From the NCBI RefSeq assembly GCF_009914755.1, contig NC_060946.1: a stretch of DNA of 64,000 nt; one strand, written 5' to 3'. Below are positions 47,391-64,000 of the stretch, in pieces (the stretch's first letter is position 1; each line of letters opens with the position of its first letter). This DNA is from the human T2T-CHM13v2.0 reference genome, Homo sapiens. Position numbers and translations under genes: made by a program. Below the pieces are notes generated by a model, which ran no database searches, had not been told where the DNA came from, and worked only from the letters and a program-made list of their open reading frames with translations.

Positions 47391-48192
47391 GCAAGGCTTC
47401 TAGTACAAAAAGCAGGGATCCAAGTCCTGACCCTCCCCCAGGATTCTGCTTAACTCCTATCTCCGTGTGCTGGTGTCCATCACAGGGTCCCACAGAGGCT
47501 GCCCTGGTGAATTCTTCTTTTTCCTGTTCTGCCAATTTGACATTTAATCACACACCACCTGGAGAGATCACTTTACTGTTACAGCAAAGCATTTCCCTTT
47601 TGCATTGCAGCTTCTCTATTCGTGTATCTGCATTGCCTTCCTGCCTAGATTACAAACATTCAATCACAAGGACGCTATCATACATCATCAATAAATATTC
47701 ACTGAGCTTTAAAGAAATCAATCTCTCTCATTTCCCATAGCATACATCCCTGCTGCTGCCATGTTCTTTTTTGCCATCTGAATCGCTCTCAACGCCTTCC
47801 CAAAGCTCAACCTGCCACTTTTCTCCTCTCCTTCGCCCCCTTCCCCTCTTCCCGGGTCTGTTTTTCCCTGCTCTCACCCCTCAGCTCTTTCCCATGCCAC
47901 AGATGTTGAGCTCTGTGGCTTTTCCAGCTGCTCCCTTGTGCTCCTTCTCCTGATCACTATAATCAAAACCAAGAGCCAAGAAGGTGGAGGGTTCATCAAG
48001 AGCCCACCATGAGCCAGGCAGTGTTCTAAGCCAATCATGTAGATTAATGAATTTGCTTCTCACAGCTGCCCTATGGGAGCAGAACAATTATACCTCTCAT
48101 TTTTCAGATGGGGAAACCAAGGCACAGAGAGGGGAAGTAACTTGCTCAAGGGCTTATGGCAGATGAGAGGCTCTGACCTGAACAGTCTTGCT

Positions 48193-48197
<5 letters not shown>

Positions 48198-48223
<26 letters not shown>

Positions 48224-48505
48224 TTTGAGACAGAGTCTTGCTCTGTTGCCAGGCTGGAGTGCAGTGGCACAATCTCGGTTCACTGCAACCTCCGCCTCCG
48301 GGTTCAAGCAATTCTCCTGCCTCAGCCCCCCGAGTAGATCGAACTACAGGCACGCACCACCATGCCCAGCTAATTTTTTGTATTTTTAGTAGAGACGGGG
48401 TTTCACCATGTTGGCCAGGATGGTCTGCATCTCTTGATCTTGTGATCCGCCCACCTCGGCCTCCCGAAGTGCCGGGATTACAGGCGTGAGCCACCGCACC
48501 CGGCC
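48198..48505 (-). mobile_element. AluSc-like
   Basis: TSD tgctcttgcttt at 48189-48200 and 48506-48517. Confidence 0.95.
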
Positions 48506-49048
48506 TGCTCTTGCTTTTAACTGTACTGCCTTTCTGAGGCATCATATCTTGCCTCTGGTCAACAAGTAAAAATCCAGAGATAGAAAACGAGTAGGACATA
48601 CTTAGAGGACACGTGGAGAAGAACAGAGAAGAATTGGAGAATTAGGATTGGAGCTAATGGCAGACAACAAGTGAAAACTAGTTTGAAAATTGGGGTACAC
48701 ACAGAGCAGGAATATGAGACATGTAACATAGTTGTGAAGTTTACAAAGCATGTCTGCACGTTCATTTTACATTTCGGTTGGCCCTGACAGCAATACTTTG
48801 AGAGAGGATTGAAGGGAATCATTGTCTTTCACATTTTACATATGAGAAGTCTGATGCTCAGAGAGGTTAAGTGACTTGCTTGAGGCCACACAGCCAAGAA
48901 ATGGCAGAGCAGGCACTTGAACATGGAAACTCCCTGACTCCAGGCATGAATAACTAGCACATCAGTTTCTAAGTGGAGGTACAAAATGCCAGTCAGTGTT
49001 TAAGAAATATTTGTGTGTGTTTTGTTTTTTTGTGTGTGTGTGTGTGTT

Positions 49049-49344
49049 TGTTTTTTTTTTTTCTGAGACAGAGACTTACTCTCTCACCCAGGCTGAAGTG
49101 CAATGGTGCGATGCCTCACTGCAACCTCCGCCTTCTGGATTCAAGTGATTCTCCTGCCTCAGCCTCCAGGGTAGCTGGGATTATAGGCGCCTGCCACCAT
49201 ACCCAGCTAATTTTTGTATTTTTAGTAGAGACGCGATTTCACCATGTTGGCTAGGCTGGTCTCGAACACCTGACCTCAAGTCATCTGCCTGCTTCAGCCT
49301 CCCAAAGGTGCTGGGATTACAGGCATGAGCCACCGCTCCTGGCC
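49049..49344 (-). mobile_element. Alu (S-type)
   Basis: Alu consensus. Confidence 0.95.
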
Positions 49345-49533
49345 CAAGCAATATTTGTTAACCAATTCTCTGCAGTGACAAAACATCCTGTTTCTATTAA
49401 TATACATATAGAGACCAATGGTATTCTTGGCTAGCGTTTACAGGGGAAGGATTTCCTCCCCCACCCAATCAAGCCCAAGCACTACTGCCCATGCAGTGCC
49501 CACCCCCCTCCAAACCATGCAGGTTTGGGATGA

Positions 49534-49943
<410 letters not shown>

Positions 49944-49949
49944 TCATGA

Positions 49950-50279
<330 letters not shown>

Positions 50280-50530
50280 GAGATGCTGTACATCTTTAAG
50301 TTACCTAATAGGTAGGGTAGGCAGGGAGGGGAGGAGGGGGCGCTGTGGTAGAGACCAAGGCAAGGGCCCCCTGACGTCTCGGCTCACAGTGCAGGAGGCT
50401 TGTATTTTCAGGCATGTTGCTGCAAAAACACATGGTGGCCCATGTAGCCCCAACAGCCAGAAAGCAAGTACCCAGATGACACTTCAGCCTTTTACTCCCC
50501 TCTCGGGTGTGGGGCAAAGACCTTGTAAAG

Positions 50531-51379
<849 letters not shown>

Positions 51380-51477
51380 CTCTACAGGACAGTCACAGAG
51401 AGGACCAGTCCCCTGGGGGCCAAGTGGCCACCACAGCTGCCCACTTCCCTGCCCCACGTCCCTTCTGATCATTCTGA

Positions 51478-51792
<315 letters not shown>

Positions 51793-52689
51793 TCAGTCAG
51801 TGTTTTCTGAGTATCCAGTTCTCACCTGGCCCTGGGGAAGCAAAGAGGAATATGGCTTTGTCTTCATTCTTTGACAAAAGGGCCAGACATGCAATCCATA
51901 CCTCCAGTCCAGGCAAAGACAGGAAGGGAGGAAGCAGGGACTCACAGGGTCCTGTCGTCGGGGCACAGGGAGGGATGTGGTGCTATGGGACAGAATCGTG
52001 GCTCCCTAGCTATGTGACCCTTGGCACATGATTGGACTTCTTTAGGTCTCCCTTGTTAGTAACTGGGGAGCTTTAATAAGAGTCATTGTGCAGGGTGGCT
52101 GGGAGGGCAGGGCAGCTGTTTACTAGCCCGTGGCGGCAGGGAGCAGAAGCTTGGGACGAGGAGCCTGGGACTGCGACGGGCAGAGACGGGGGTTGGGACC
52201 CTGGAGGAGGAAGGGGGGAAGGGTTAAATGAACAGAAGGCCACCCTCTCTTATTCCTCCCCCAGTGGCTGGGGGCCAGAGAAAAGAGATTTGGACAGGAG
52301 GGAGGGAGGACAGGCCCAGCGGGAGGCAGATTGGGGTCGGGGCCACGTGTGTTGGCCGGCAGCCTGTGGACCTTCTTTGGGTCCAAACTGCCCTCCCACC
52401 TCTGCCCAGGCAGGCAGCTTCCTGCCAGGCTGGGAAATTGCTTTGGCCTGGAATTTTCTGCTTGGGGGTGTGTTTTTGGAGCCAGGTTCGCTGTTAGGAA
52501 TCTCCAGTTACCAACATTCCTGAAACAGACCCAAAGGAGGCCGACCCCAGTTTTGCAGACTCCGGTGGGAAGTGGGAGGCAGAGGCGGGGCTGGAGGTGA
52601 TGGCTGTGCTAGACACCTCTAACCAGCTCTGGGGTCGCCAAGCCAGGGCCACTGTCTTTCTTCTCACTGGGCATGCTTTGAAGACAACC

Positions 52690-53116
<427 letters not shown>

Positions 53117-53934
53117 GGAAGACAACTTTGATAAAAGGAGCTTATAGGTGAATACTCAGCCCAGAAGTGTGCCTGAACCCTGGAATGCCAGAGCTGGGAG
53201 GGACCTCAGAGGGCATCTGCCCTGCCCGGGCATTTCAAACTTTTCCCAAAGTCAGCACTCGTCCGCGTGTGAGAGTCCACACACAGACTGGTCTCACCAT
53301 TGTATTCCACTGCCGGATAGAGAGAGCCAGCCACCTGCCACCATCCCCCAGCAAGCTGGCTGGGGGTCTGAAGGGCTTCCCATGATTGACACTTCACCTT
53401 TGGGGAGTTTGCTAGACACATGGCAATGCCATCCTGTAGAATAGGACAGATTATCTTCCCCATTTTCCCAATGAAGAAATAAAAGGTCAGAGAGGCAGAG
53501 AGACCCCAATAAGGTCAACTTTACTGGTCTACAATTTACTAGTCAACAAGGTCTAGTTTATACAACAAGTCCTAGTGTACTGGGACCCAGGTCATTTGTC
53601 CCAGGGACTGTGCTCATCCCACTGACTCAGCGAGTCTCTTCGAGGATTCTCGGCGTGCTCTAGCCTTATAGATTTTGCTGCCTTTTCAAAGCAGCTCAAA
53701 TCCCAGCGGGCTCCTGAGAATGTCACTTCTGTGCTGCAGGTGCAGGTGTCTGTGTCTTCCCTTGGATTTCAGCTACCTATGTCTCAGCTGTGCCCAAGTA
53801 GATTGATTTGGGTTAAAACTGTGAATTGATGTAAACTTTCATGATGTGAAGTAAACAGTGCAGGCACCGTGACTGCAGATCTAGGTTTGAGTCCCGTCTT
53901 TGACTTTTGGTACTAAGTGACCTTTGTTAGGTCA

Positions 53935-54468
<534 letters not shown>

Positions 54469-54739
54469 AATTCCCCTCCTTCCTAGTCCCCCAGCTTCCC
54501 TTTCCAGAGGCAATGACTTATCAATTTATTGTGTCTTCCACAGACACCCAGTGAATATGCAGGTGTTTTGTGCCCATTTGTAAGATGAAGGATAACCGTC
54601 CTATAAGAAGTGAGACCCCCGGGGAACATCCAGGCTTCATGGTAACTCCTCGGGTCTGTGTTCTGCTGCCCCTCTTCTCCTCTGTGTCCTGAGCTGGCTG
54701 GGAGGGTAGGTGTGAGTCTGCAGAGAGGCCACCAACAAT

Positions 54740-55254
54740 TGTCCCCTCCCTGGTTAAGCACGCTGCTCCTCCCATCACAAGGCAGAGTCTACCCCCCTCC
54801 CTTTCAATCAGGACAGTCATGTGATTGATCTGAACAACTGAATGCGGCAAAAATGCCAATTCTAAGCCTACTCCTTAAGAGATCTGGCAGTTTCCACTTC
54901 TGCCCACTTAGGACTTAGCTGCCTGAACTAAGAAGGTCCAGGCCATCCTGATGGAGAGAGAGGTCATTTGGAGAATGGAGAGAGAGCCCCAGAGGATGAG
55001 ACACCATCCTATGGAGGAGTGAGGCCCCCAACCCAGACAGCCAGCACTACTGTCCCAGACATGCCTAGAGACACCTTCTCCTACTGTCCAGCCCGGCCCA
55101 GCCCAGGTCAGCCTCTAGCTGAATGCAGCTGCATGAATGACACTAGCTGAGCCCTGCTCCAATTCCTACCAACAAAATCATGAGAAAATATAAACCATTG
55201 TTTAAGCCATTAAGTTTTGGAATGGTTGGTTATGCAGTGTTGGTTAGCTGATAC
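54740..55254 (+). mobile_element. MLT1H-like LTR
   Basis: ctcctcccatcacaaggcagagtc; ttaagccattaagttttggaatggttggttatgcag...ctgataca. Confidence 0.75.
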
Positions 55255-55256
55255 AC

Positions 55257-55551
55257 TTTTTTTTTTTTTTTTTGAGACAGAGTCTTGCTCTATTGCCCAG
55301 GCTGGAGTGCAGTGGCACTATCTCAGCTGACTGCAACGCCTCCTGGGTTCAAGCTATTTTCATACCTCAGCCTCCCAAGTAGCTGGGATTACAGGTGTGT
55401 GCCACCATGCCCAGCTAATTTTCGTTTTTTAAGTAGAGACAGGGTTCCACCATGTTGGCTAGGCTGGTCTCAAACTCCTGACCTCAAGTGATCCTCCTGC
55501 CTTGGCCTCCGAAAGTGCTGGGATTACAGGCGTGAGCCACCAAACCCGGCC
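55257..55551 (-). mobile_element. Alu (S-type)
   Basis: TSD tgatacac. Confidence 0.95.
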
Positions 55552-55596
55552 TGATACACAATTGTCTATGGGAGAAGCACAGTGAATGCACTCTGA

Positions 55597-56152
<556 letters not shown>

Positions 56153-56224
56153 TAGAGGAACAGACCCTGGGCAGGCTGTGACACAGGGCTCCAGCAACAA
56201 GCCGCAGAAGCGGAACTCATAACA

Positions 56225-56288
56225 TGTGGCATTGGCATTCCCTACCATTACTGATTCAATGCCATTCCACGGTGGCCCTGGGTCATGG
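56225..56288 (+). repeat. 64-bp dispersed duplication, copy 1 (copy 2 at 57935-57998)
   Basis: 57 of 64 positions identical, no gaps. Confidence 0.93.
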
Positions 56289-57080
56289 ACCAGCTCATGT
56301 TGGGCTAATGTCCCAACACACACAAAGATGGTAGGTTTGACTAAGCCAGAGGCAGTCCTTAGGTGAGGTTGCAGGGAGAGGGAAGAGGGCTTGGTGAAGA
56401 ATAGAAGACCCATGAAGAAGGGGTGTGGTCTTGGTGACCACGTGATCCCATAGTATTCCCATAGACACTCAAGACAGCTGGTAAATTGAGCTGCTCCCCA
56501 GAGGAGGCCAACAGACAGGCTGGACAATGACTGGGGTCTGAGCAGAGACCCCGTCTCCCTTCTGCTGCACCTGCTGCAGCTTAACATTGACTAGACTACC
56601 AGGCTCAGCCTCAGCAAGGCCCCCACCTGGCTCTGGGCCTGGTGACCAGGGAAGGTGGGAAGAGAGGGGGCTCATCACTTCCTACAGAAGGAAGCTCAGA
56701 CTTCCAATTTCGTGTGGCATAAGAGCATGGGCTCTGGGCAACACTGCCTGGATTAGTATTCAGCTCGGGCCCTACTCGTGGTATAACTGGGAGTCACTAA
56801 TTTTATCTCTGGGCTTCACTATAAATGGGATCCTAATGGCAGTCTACCCAAGCAGGGTATTGTGAGGCCTAGAGATGATGAGGCAAACAGTTGGTTCTCA
56901 ATACAAGAAAGAAATTTATCATTTGCATGTAGCTGCATAGCTGATAAGCCCATGACAGTTTTCCCATAACCTGTTTTCATGGCCTTATTTTCCACAACTC
57001 TGTCTATTTAAGCTACGTGGAACCACTCCTGTGTACTGTGACAGTCTAATGTTGGGATCTGGTTAAATATATTATGGCCC

Positions 57081-57387
57081 ATCCAGGCGCGGTGGCTCAC
57101 GCCTGTAACCCCAGCACTTTGAGAGGCCAAGACAGGCGAATCACCCTGAGGTCAGGAGTTCGAGACCAGCTTGGCCAAGATGGTGAAACCCCGTCTCTAC
57201 TAAAAATACAAAAATTAGCTGAGTGTGGTGGTGCATGCCTGTAATCCCAGCTACTCGGGAGGCTGAGGCAGGAGAATTGCTTTGAAACCGGGAGGTGGAG
57301 GTTGCATTGAGCCAAGATTGCACCACTGCACTCCAACTTGGGCGACAGACAGAGTGAGACTCGGTCTCAAAAAAAAAAAAAAAAAAA
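57081..57387 (+). mobile_element. Alu (S-type)
   Basis: TSD ttatggccca. Confidence 0.95.
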
Positions 57388-57517
57388 GTTATGGCCCATC
57401 CACAGGATGCAATATCATATAGCCATTTAAAAGAATGGGCTACATCTGAACCAGATGGAAGAAAAGATGCCCGGATATGTTATTAATGGGATGAGGCAAC
57501 GTGTAGAACCTGTGTAA

Positions 57518-57841
<324 letters not shown>

Positions 57842-57934
57842 TAAAAGAATCCACAGGGAGCTGTTAATGCTGATACTTTTGGGGAAAGGGCTCAGTGGAG
57901 CAGCTAAGCTTTTGCTTTTCTTTTTGTTCCTTTC

Positions 57935-57998
57935 TGTGGAATTGGCATTGCCTACCAACACTGATTCAGTGTCATTCCACGGTGGCCCTGGGGCATGG
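57935..57998 (+). repeat. 64-bp dispersed duplication, copy 2
   Basis: Matches 56225-56288. Confidence 0.93.
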
Positions 57999-58286
57999 TG
58001 TTTTTTTTCATGGGTCAGCTCTGCCTGACACCACCATGCAGCAGGCTGTACTGTGAGCCTCATTTTGCAGGTGAGAGAAGCAAGGCACAGAGAGGTTACG
58101 TAACTTGCTTAAAGACATGTGACAAGTAAGAGGTGGAGCTGGGATTCAAACTCAGGCAGTGGAGGTCTGGAGTCCCTATTTTTAGCTACTACATGACACT
58201 GTCTCCCAATATATTATTTTTATCTATTTAAAAATTCAAAGCAGTTTTCTGTGTTATAGACTATTTTTTACTTCTTCACATGCTTA

Positions 58287-58633
<347 letters not shown>

Positions 58634-59396
58634 ACAGGAACAATGCATAGCCCATGATGAATTGTTTTATTATCTGTGACTCTTATTGTTCATTGGTCGC
58701 TTCTGTCCCTCTCTGACCACAGCCTGATGGGAGGCACAGGCGAGGGAAGAACGTGGCTTTGGGAGCAGGGGGACCCTCATTCTCATCCCAGCTCTGCACG
58801 AACTGCGGCATGACCTTGGCCAGGCCCCTTCCCTTCCTTGGCCTCAGCCTCCATCTGTAGAGCTGGGCCAATGCCGGAGCCAATGACCTCTGCGGGCCCT
58901 CCTGCACAAGGATTCTCTCCCTCTTTCTGATCTATTTTTGCCTGACGCCTCTCCCAGGGGCCTGTGGGCCTGAGCTAATTTTCCTGGCTGGCCCCAGTCC
59001 AGGCAGCTCAGGTGGAGAGCGCCAAGCTAATGAGGCCAAGGTCATGGTCCAGTTAGCATCTCTCGGAGGAACCGTGGCTTTTCAGCCAGACTGTACCTCC
59101 CTGACCAGTCACTGCGCTCAGGTAGAGGCGGGCCCTAGAGGAGAGGACAATAGCAAAGCTGGATCCTGCAAGTCAGCATTTCCAGTAGGAGCTGCTCAGG
59201 GCCCAGGGCCCAGATACCCTTTGTGACTGCAGGGCAGCATGTCCAGGCTCACATCAACATACCAGGATGATTCAAGGAGTGTGTACGTTGGGGGTTAGGG
59301 AGAGGACCAGGTGGATCACCAAGTGCCTGCAAGTACCCCCACACCTGTCAAGTCAGGAAGATGAGAACCAATTCTACCTTTAAATCTAAAGCAGAT

Positions 59397-59664
59397 TGGG
59401 AGGCCGAGGCAGGAGGATCACCTGAGGTCAGGAGTTTGAGACCAGCGTGACCAACATGGTGAAACCCCATCTGTACTAAAAATATAAAAATTAGCCAGGC
59501 ATGGTGGCGGGCGCCACCTCCCAGCTACTCAGGAGGCTGTGGCGTGAGAATCGCTTGAACCTGGGAGGCGAAGGTTGCATTGAGCCAAGATCATGCCATT
59601 GCACTCCAGCCTGGGGGATAGAGCGAGACTCTGTCTCAAAAAACAAAACAAAACAAAACAAACA
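59397..59664 (+). mobile_element. Alu, 5'-truncated
   Basis: TSD taaagcaga at 59387-59395 and 59750-59758. Confidence 0.93.
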
Positions 59665-59705
59665 ATCTATATCTATATCTATATCTATATCTATATCTAT
59701 ATCTA

Positions 59706-59748
<43 letters not shown>

Positions 59749-59750
59749 AT
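59665..59750. repeat. Compound STR (atctat)n followed by (atct)n in an Alu tail
   Basis: Directly visible. Confidence 0.97.
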
Positions 59751-60087
59751 AAAGCAGACAGCATGTCCACATTCTCTCAAGGTGACCCCCTCTTTCTAAC
59801 ATCAGAACTTTCCTTTTTTCTACATGAGGCATTTCCACCACTTTTAAATCAGATGTAAGACAGAGTAAGCCTTCCTCTTTTACCTGCCACGAGGGCCAGG
59901 GGTTGTCTGTTCCTTCTCTACTACATCCCCGGCACCTAGACCCATGCCTGGCGTACCTACACTAGGAGCTCAGTCAATATTGTTGAGCGAATCAAATCAC
60001 CACTGTTCCAGAATGAGGCTGCAGACTGCCTTTGAACGGACACAGTATTGCCAGTGGGTTTGACTCAGTTTTGTTCAAATATTTCAA

Positions 60088-60397
60088 TTTCTTTTTTTGG
60101 TTTGTTTTTCTGAGGGAGTCTCACTCTGTTGCCCAGGCTGGCGTGCAGTAGCGTGATCTCGGTCGGCTCACTGCAACCTCCACCTCCTGGGTTCAGGCGA
60201 TTCTCCTGCCTCAGCCTCCCAAGTAGCTGGGGCTACAAGCATGCGCCACCACACCTGGCTAATATTTTTGTATTTTTAGTAGATACAGGGTTTCACCATG
60301 TTGGTCAGGCTGGTCTCAAACTACTGACCTCAAATGATCCACCTGCCTCAGTCTCCGAAAGTGCTGGGATCACAGGCGTGAGTCACCGTGCCTGGCC
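60088..60397 (-). mobile_element. Alu (S-type)
   Basis: Alu consensus. Confidence 0.95.
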
Positions 60398-60468
60398 TCA
60401 GATGCTTCTATTTCAACGAGTCTGGTGAAGCTTGTTATTTAGAGAGTAATATGTGAATGCTCTAGAAA

Positions 60469-60724
<256 letters not shown>

Positions 60725-60819
60725 TGAATGTTCTCATTAGGTTTTCGATTCAGTTCAGTGAATGTTTATTATTAAGTATTGTTATTATATTATTATTCAT
60801 TATTGTTATTATTTAATAA

Positions 60820-61045
60820 GAATAATTGAGTTCTTACCATAAGCCAGACTTTGGGTTAAACACATAACATGTAGATTTAGTTAATTTTCATGACAAATCT
60901 ATAAGATGGGCACTACTGCTATCCTACTTTACAGATGAGAAAACTGAGGCAGACAGAGGTTAAGTAAATTGCTCAACCCCACATGAATAGTAAGTTCTGG
61001 AGCTAGGAGTCAAACTTCAGAGCCTACACTCCTAATCACAGCTAA
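60820..61045 (+). mobile_element. MIR
   Basis: tttacagatgagaaaactgaggcagacagaggttaagtaa. Confidence 0.82.
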
Positions 61046-61145
61046 TGTTGCTCTTCAGGACGTACTTTACATGCAAGTACAGTAACTGTCTACAAGGCAC
61101 TGGTGATTAAAAAATGAACAAAGCCTTTAACAGGTGAATGGTTAA

Positions 61146-61607
<462 letters not shown>

Positions 61608-61608
61608 T

Positions 61609-61715
61609 AAGATTTGTTAAGTGTAGTCATGAGAAGCGGGAAAGAGTAGAACAAGGAGTTTTATCTGCTGTGACTGAACAATCAATTGAGATAACGCGGC
61701 ACCTTCGGATCAGCT
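61609..61715 (-). pseudogene. RNY1: Y1 RNA retro-pseudogene (near full length)
   Basis: Reverse complement agctgatccgaaggtgccgcgttatctcaattgattgttcagtcacagcagataaaactccttgttctactctttcccgcttctcatgactacacttaac matches hY1 (GGCTGGTCCGAAGG...TTATCTCAATTGATTGTTCAC...CTCCTTGTTCTACTCTTTCCC); A-rich tail follows. Confidence 0.93.
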
Positions 61716-62150
61716 GATTCCATTTATCTAACATTCTTAAATGGACCCACTTATAGACATGAAGAATAGATTAGCAATTGCCAAGGCTAAAGTAGGGATC
61801 AGGGTGGGAGAGAAGTGGGTGAGGCTATAAAAGGACAACAAGAGGGATTCTTGTGGTGATAGAAATATTCTATATCTTGATTATATCAATGCCAATATCC
61901 TGGTTGTGATATTGAAGAGGCTAAAGCTGCATTTGGTACAATAAAATACAATTAGCAGCCTATAACCCCAAAGGAGAAAACTGGCCAGTTGTGTATTAAA
62001 TCTTTGTGTGTTTGCATATGTGACATTTAAATGCTTAATTTATATGCCAACATTTAGCATTTTTCCAAGATGTTACTATTAACGGAAACTGAGTAAAGGG
62101 TACATGGGATCTCTCTGGATTACTTTGTACAAATGCAAATAAAAATGTTA

Positions 62151-63046
<896 letters not shown>

Positions 63047-63622
63047 GAGGGCTTCCAATGCAGTGACAGTTGACATGAGTCCTCAAGGTTAGTTTGCAGG
63101 TCACAAGGGAGAGAAGGACAGGAGGCCTGAGGCAGGCAGGACAGCATGTGATAGTGGGCTGTTTGGGTCTTCCTTCCCCAAAGTCATCCTGGGATGGTGA
63201 GATCTCAGGCCATTCATTCCATTGCACAGAGGCATTCATGCAGGCTACCTCCCAACTTGTTCATAAAAATGTTAAGTGATGGACAAAATAATGTCTTTAC
63301 ATTTTTCTTAAACGTTTGGTTCCTGCTGCTGCTTATCTGGTAGAGAGGCTCATCAGAGGAGAAAATGAAGGAAGATTCCCTTGTCAAACATCACAACAGA
63401 GAGCAAGCATCTTTGTTCAGCCTGTCAGGATCATCTTTCACATTCAATTTAGAAAAATGGCAGATGTTAATGTTTTTCCTGTTAAGAGATAATTTCTTTT
63501 TAAAATGTTTGGTTTTTTTTTTCCCCTTACTATGCCTAGTCCTGCTTTTTATATGATAACAGCCTAGGAGTGGAAAGAATGAGAGTTTGGGTGACAGAGA
63601 TCCTTACATTTGAATCTCAATT

Positions 63623-63688
63623 CCACTTAGAGGCTATGGTCATGACTTAGAGGCTATATTAAGACCACTTAGAGGCTATGGTCATGAC
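63623..63688. repeat. Complex short duplication inside a MIR remnant
   Basis: ccacttagaggctatggtcatgac x2 with a partial third copy between them. Confidence 0.93.
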
Positions 63689-63862
63689 CTTGAGTCCGTT
63701 TCCCTGAGTTTCACTGCCTCAGACTAATCATACTGAATAGGCCAGTATTGCCAAATCCCAGTGCTAGGATGGGGATTAATGAGAAAACATTTGCCAAAAA
63801 ACCTAGTATACCTTGTGTAATACCTGACACGTAGCAGGTGCTCAATAAGTGATACTCATTGA

Positions 63863-64000
63863 TTTATTTTTTTATTTTATTTATTTTATTTTTTTGAGAC
63901 CGAGTCTTACTCTGTCACCCAGGCTAGAGTGCAGAGGCGTGATCTCGACTTACTGCAACCTCTACCTCCTGGGTTCAAATGATTCTCCTGCCTGGGCCTC
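63863..64000 (-). mobile_element. Alu right arm, cut by the window edge
   Basis: Alu consensus. Confidence 0.92.

Noticed and set aside
58680-59390. GC-rich unique stretch as a coding exon
   Set aside because: No convincing ORF with splice sites or homology; a non-coding exon or enhancer cannot be excluded.
61609-61715. Functional Y RNA gene
   Set aside because: Multiple substitutions and indels, A-tail and TSD, located inside an L1, with no upstream type-3 Pol III promoter evident.
63623-63688. Repeat-spacer-repeat pattern resembling CRISPR
   Set aside because: Only two units, the spacer is mostly a partial copy of the repeat, the context is eukaryotic and there are no cas genes.

Overview
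Primate (human-like) non-coding genomic DNA. I find no credible cellular protein-coding exon and cannot name the locus. About 85 Alu copies make up roughly 40% of the window. They are nested in older L1, L2, MIR, MaLR/ERVL LTR and hAT (Charlie1a, MER1A) relics, and almost all ORFs in the track are Alu, L1 or microsatellite artefacts. Main recognisable items: (1) a CpG island (~7.5-8.25 kb) with two divergent CTCF-like motifs and a perfect GTCACGTGAC E-box; (2) a 63-bp mitochondrial ND5 fragment (NUMT) inserted inside an Alu at 16735-16797; (3) a 5'-inverted (twin-primed) L1PA3-like insertion with an 18-bp TSD, 9 bp from a second L1 insertion and inside an ERVL LTR; (4) an RNY1 retro-pseudogene at 61609-61715. 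There are also several apparent repair or recombination scars: three local non-tandem duplications (one copying a hairpin), an apparent Alu-to-Alu gene conversion, orphan filler DNA and repeatedly re-used insertion sites. I see no evidence for a new coding system. Repeat family and subfamily names come from recalled consensus sequences and boundaries are approximate unless a TSD is quoted.
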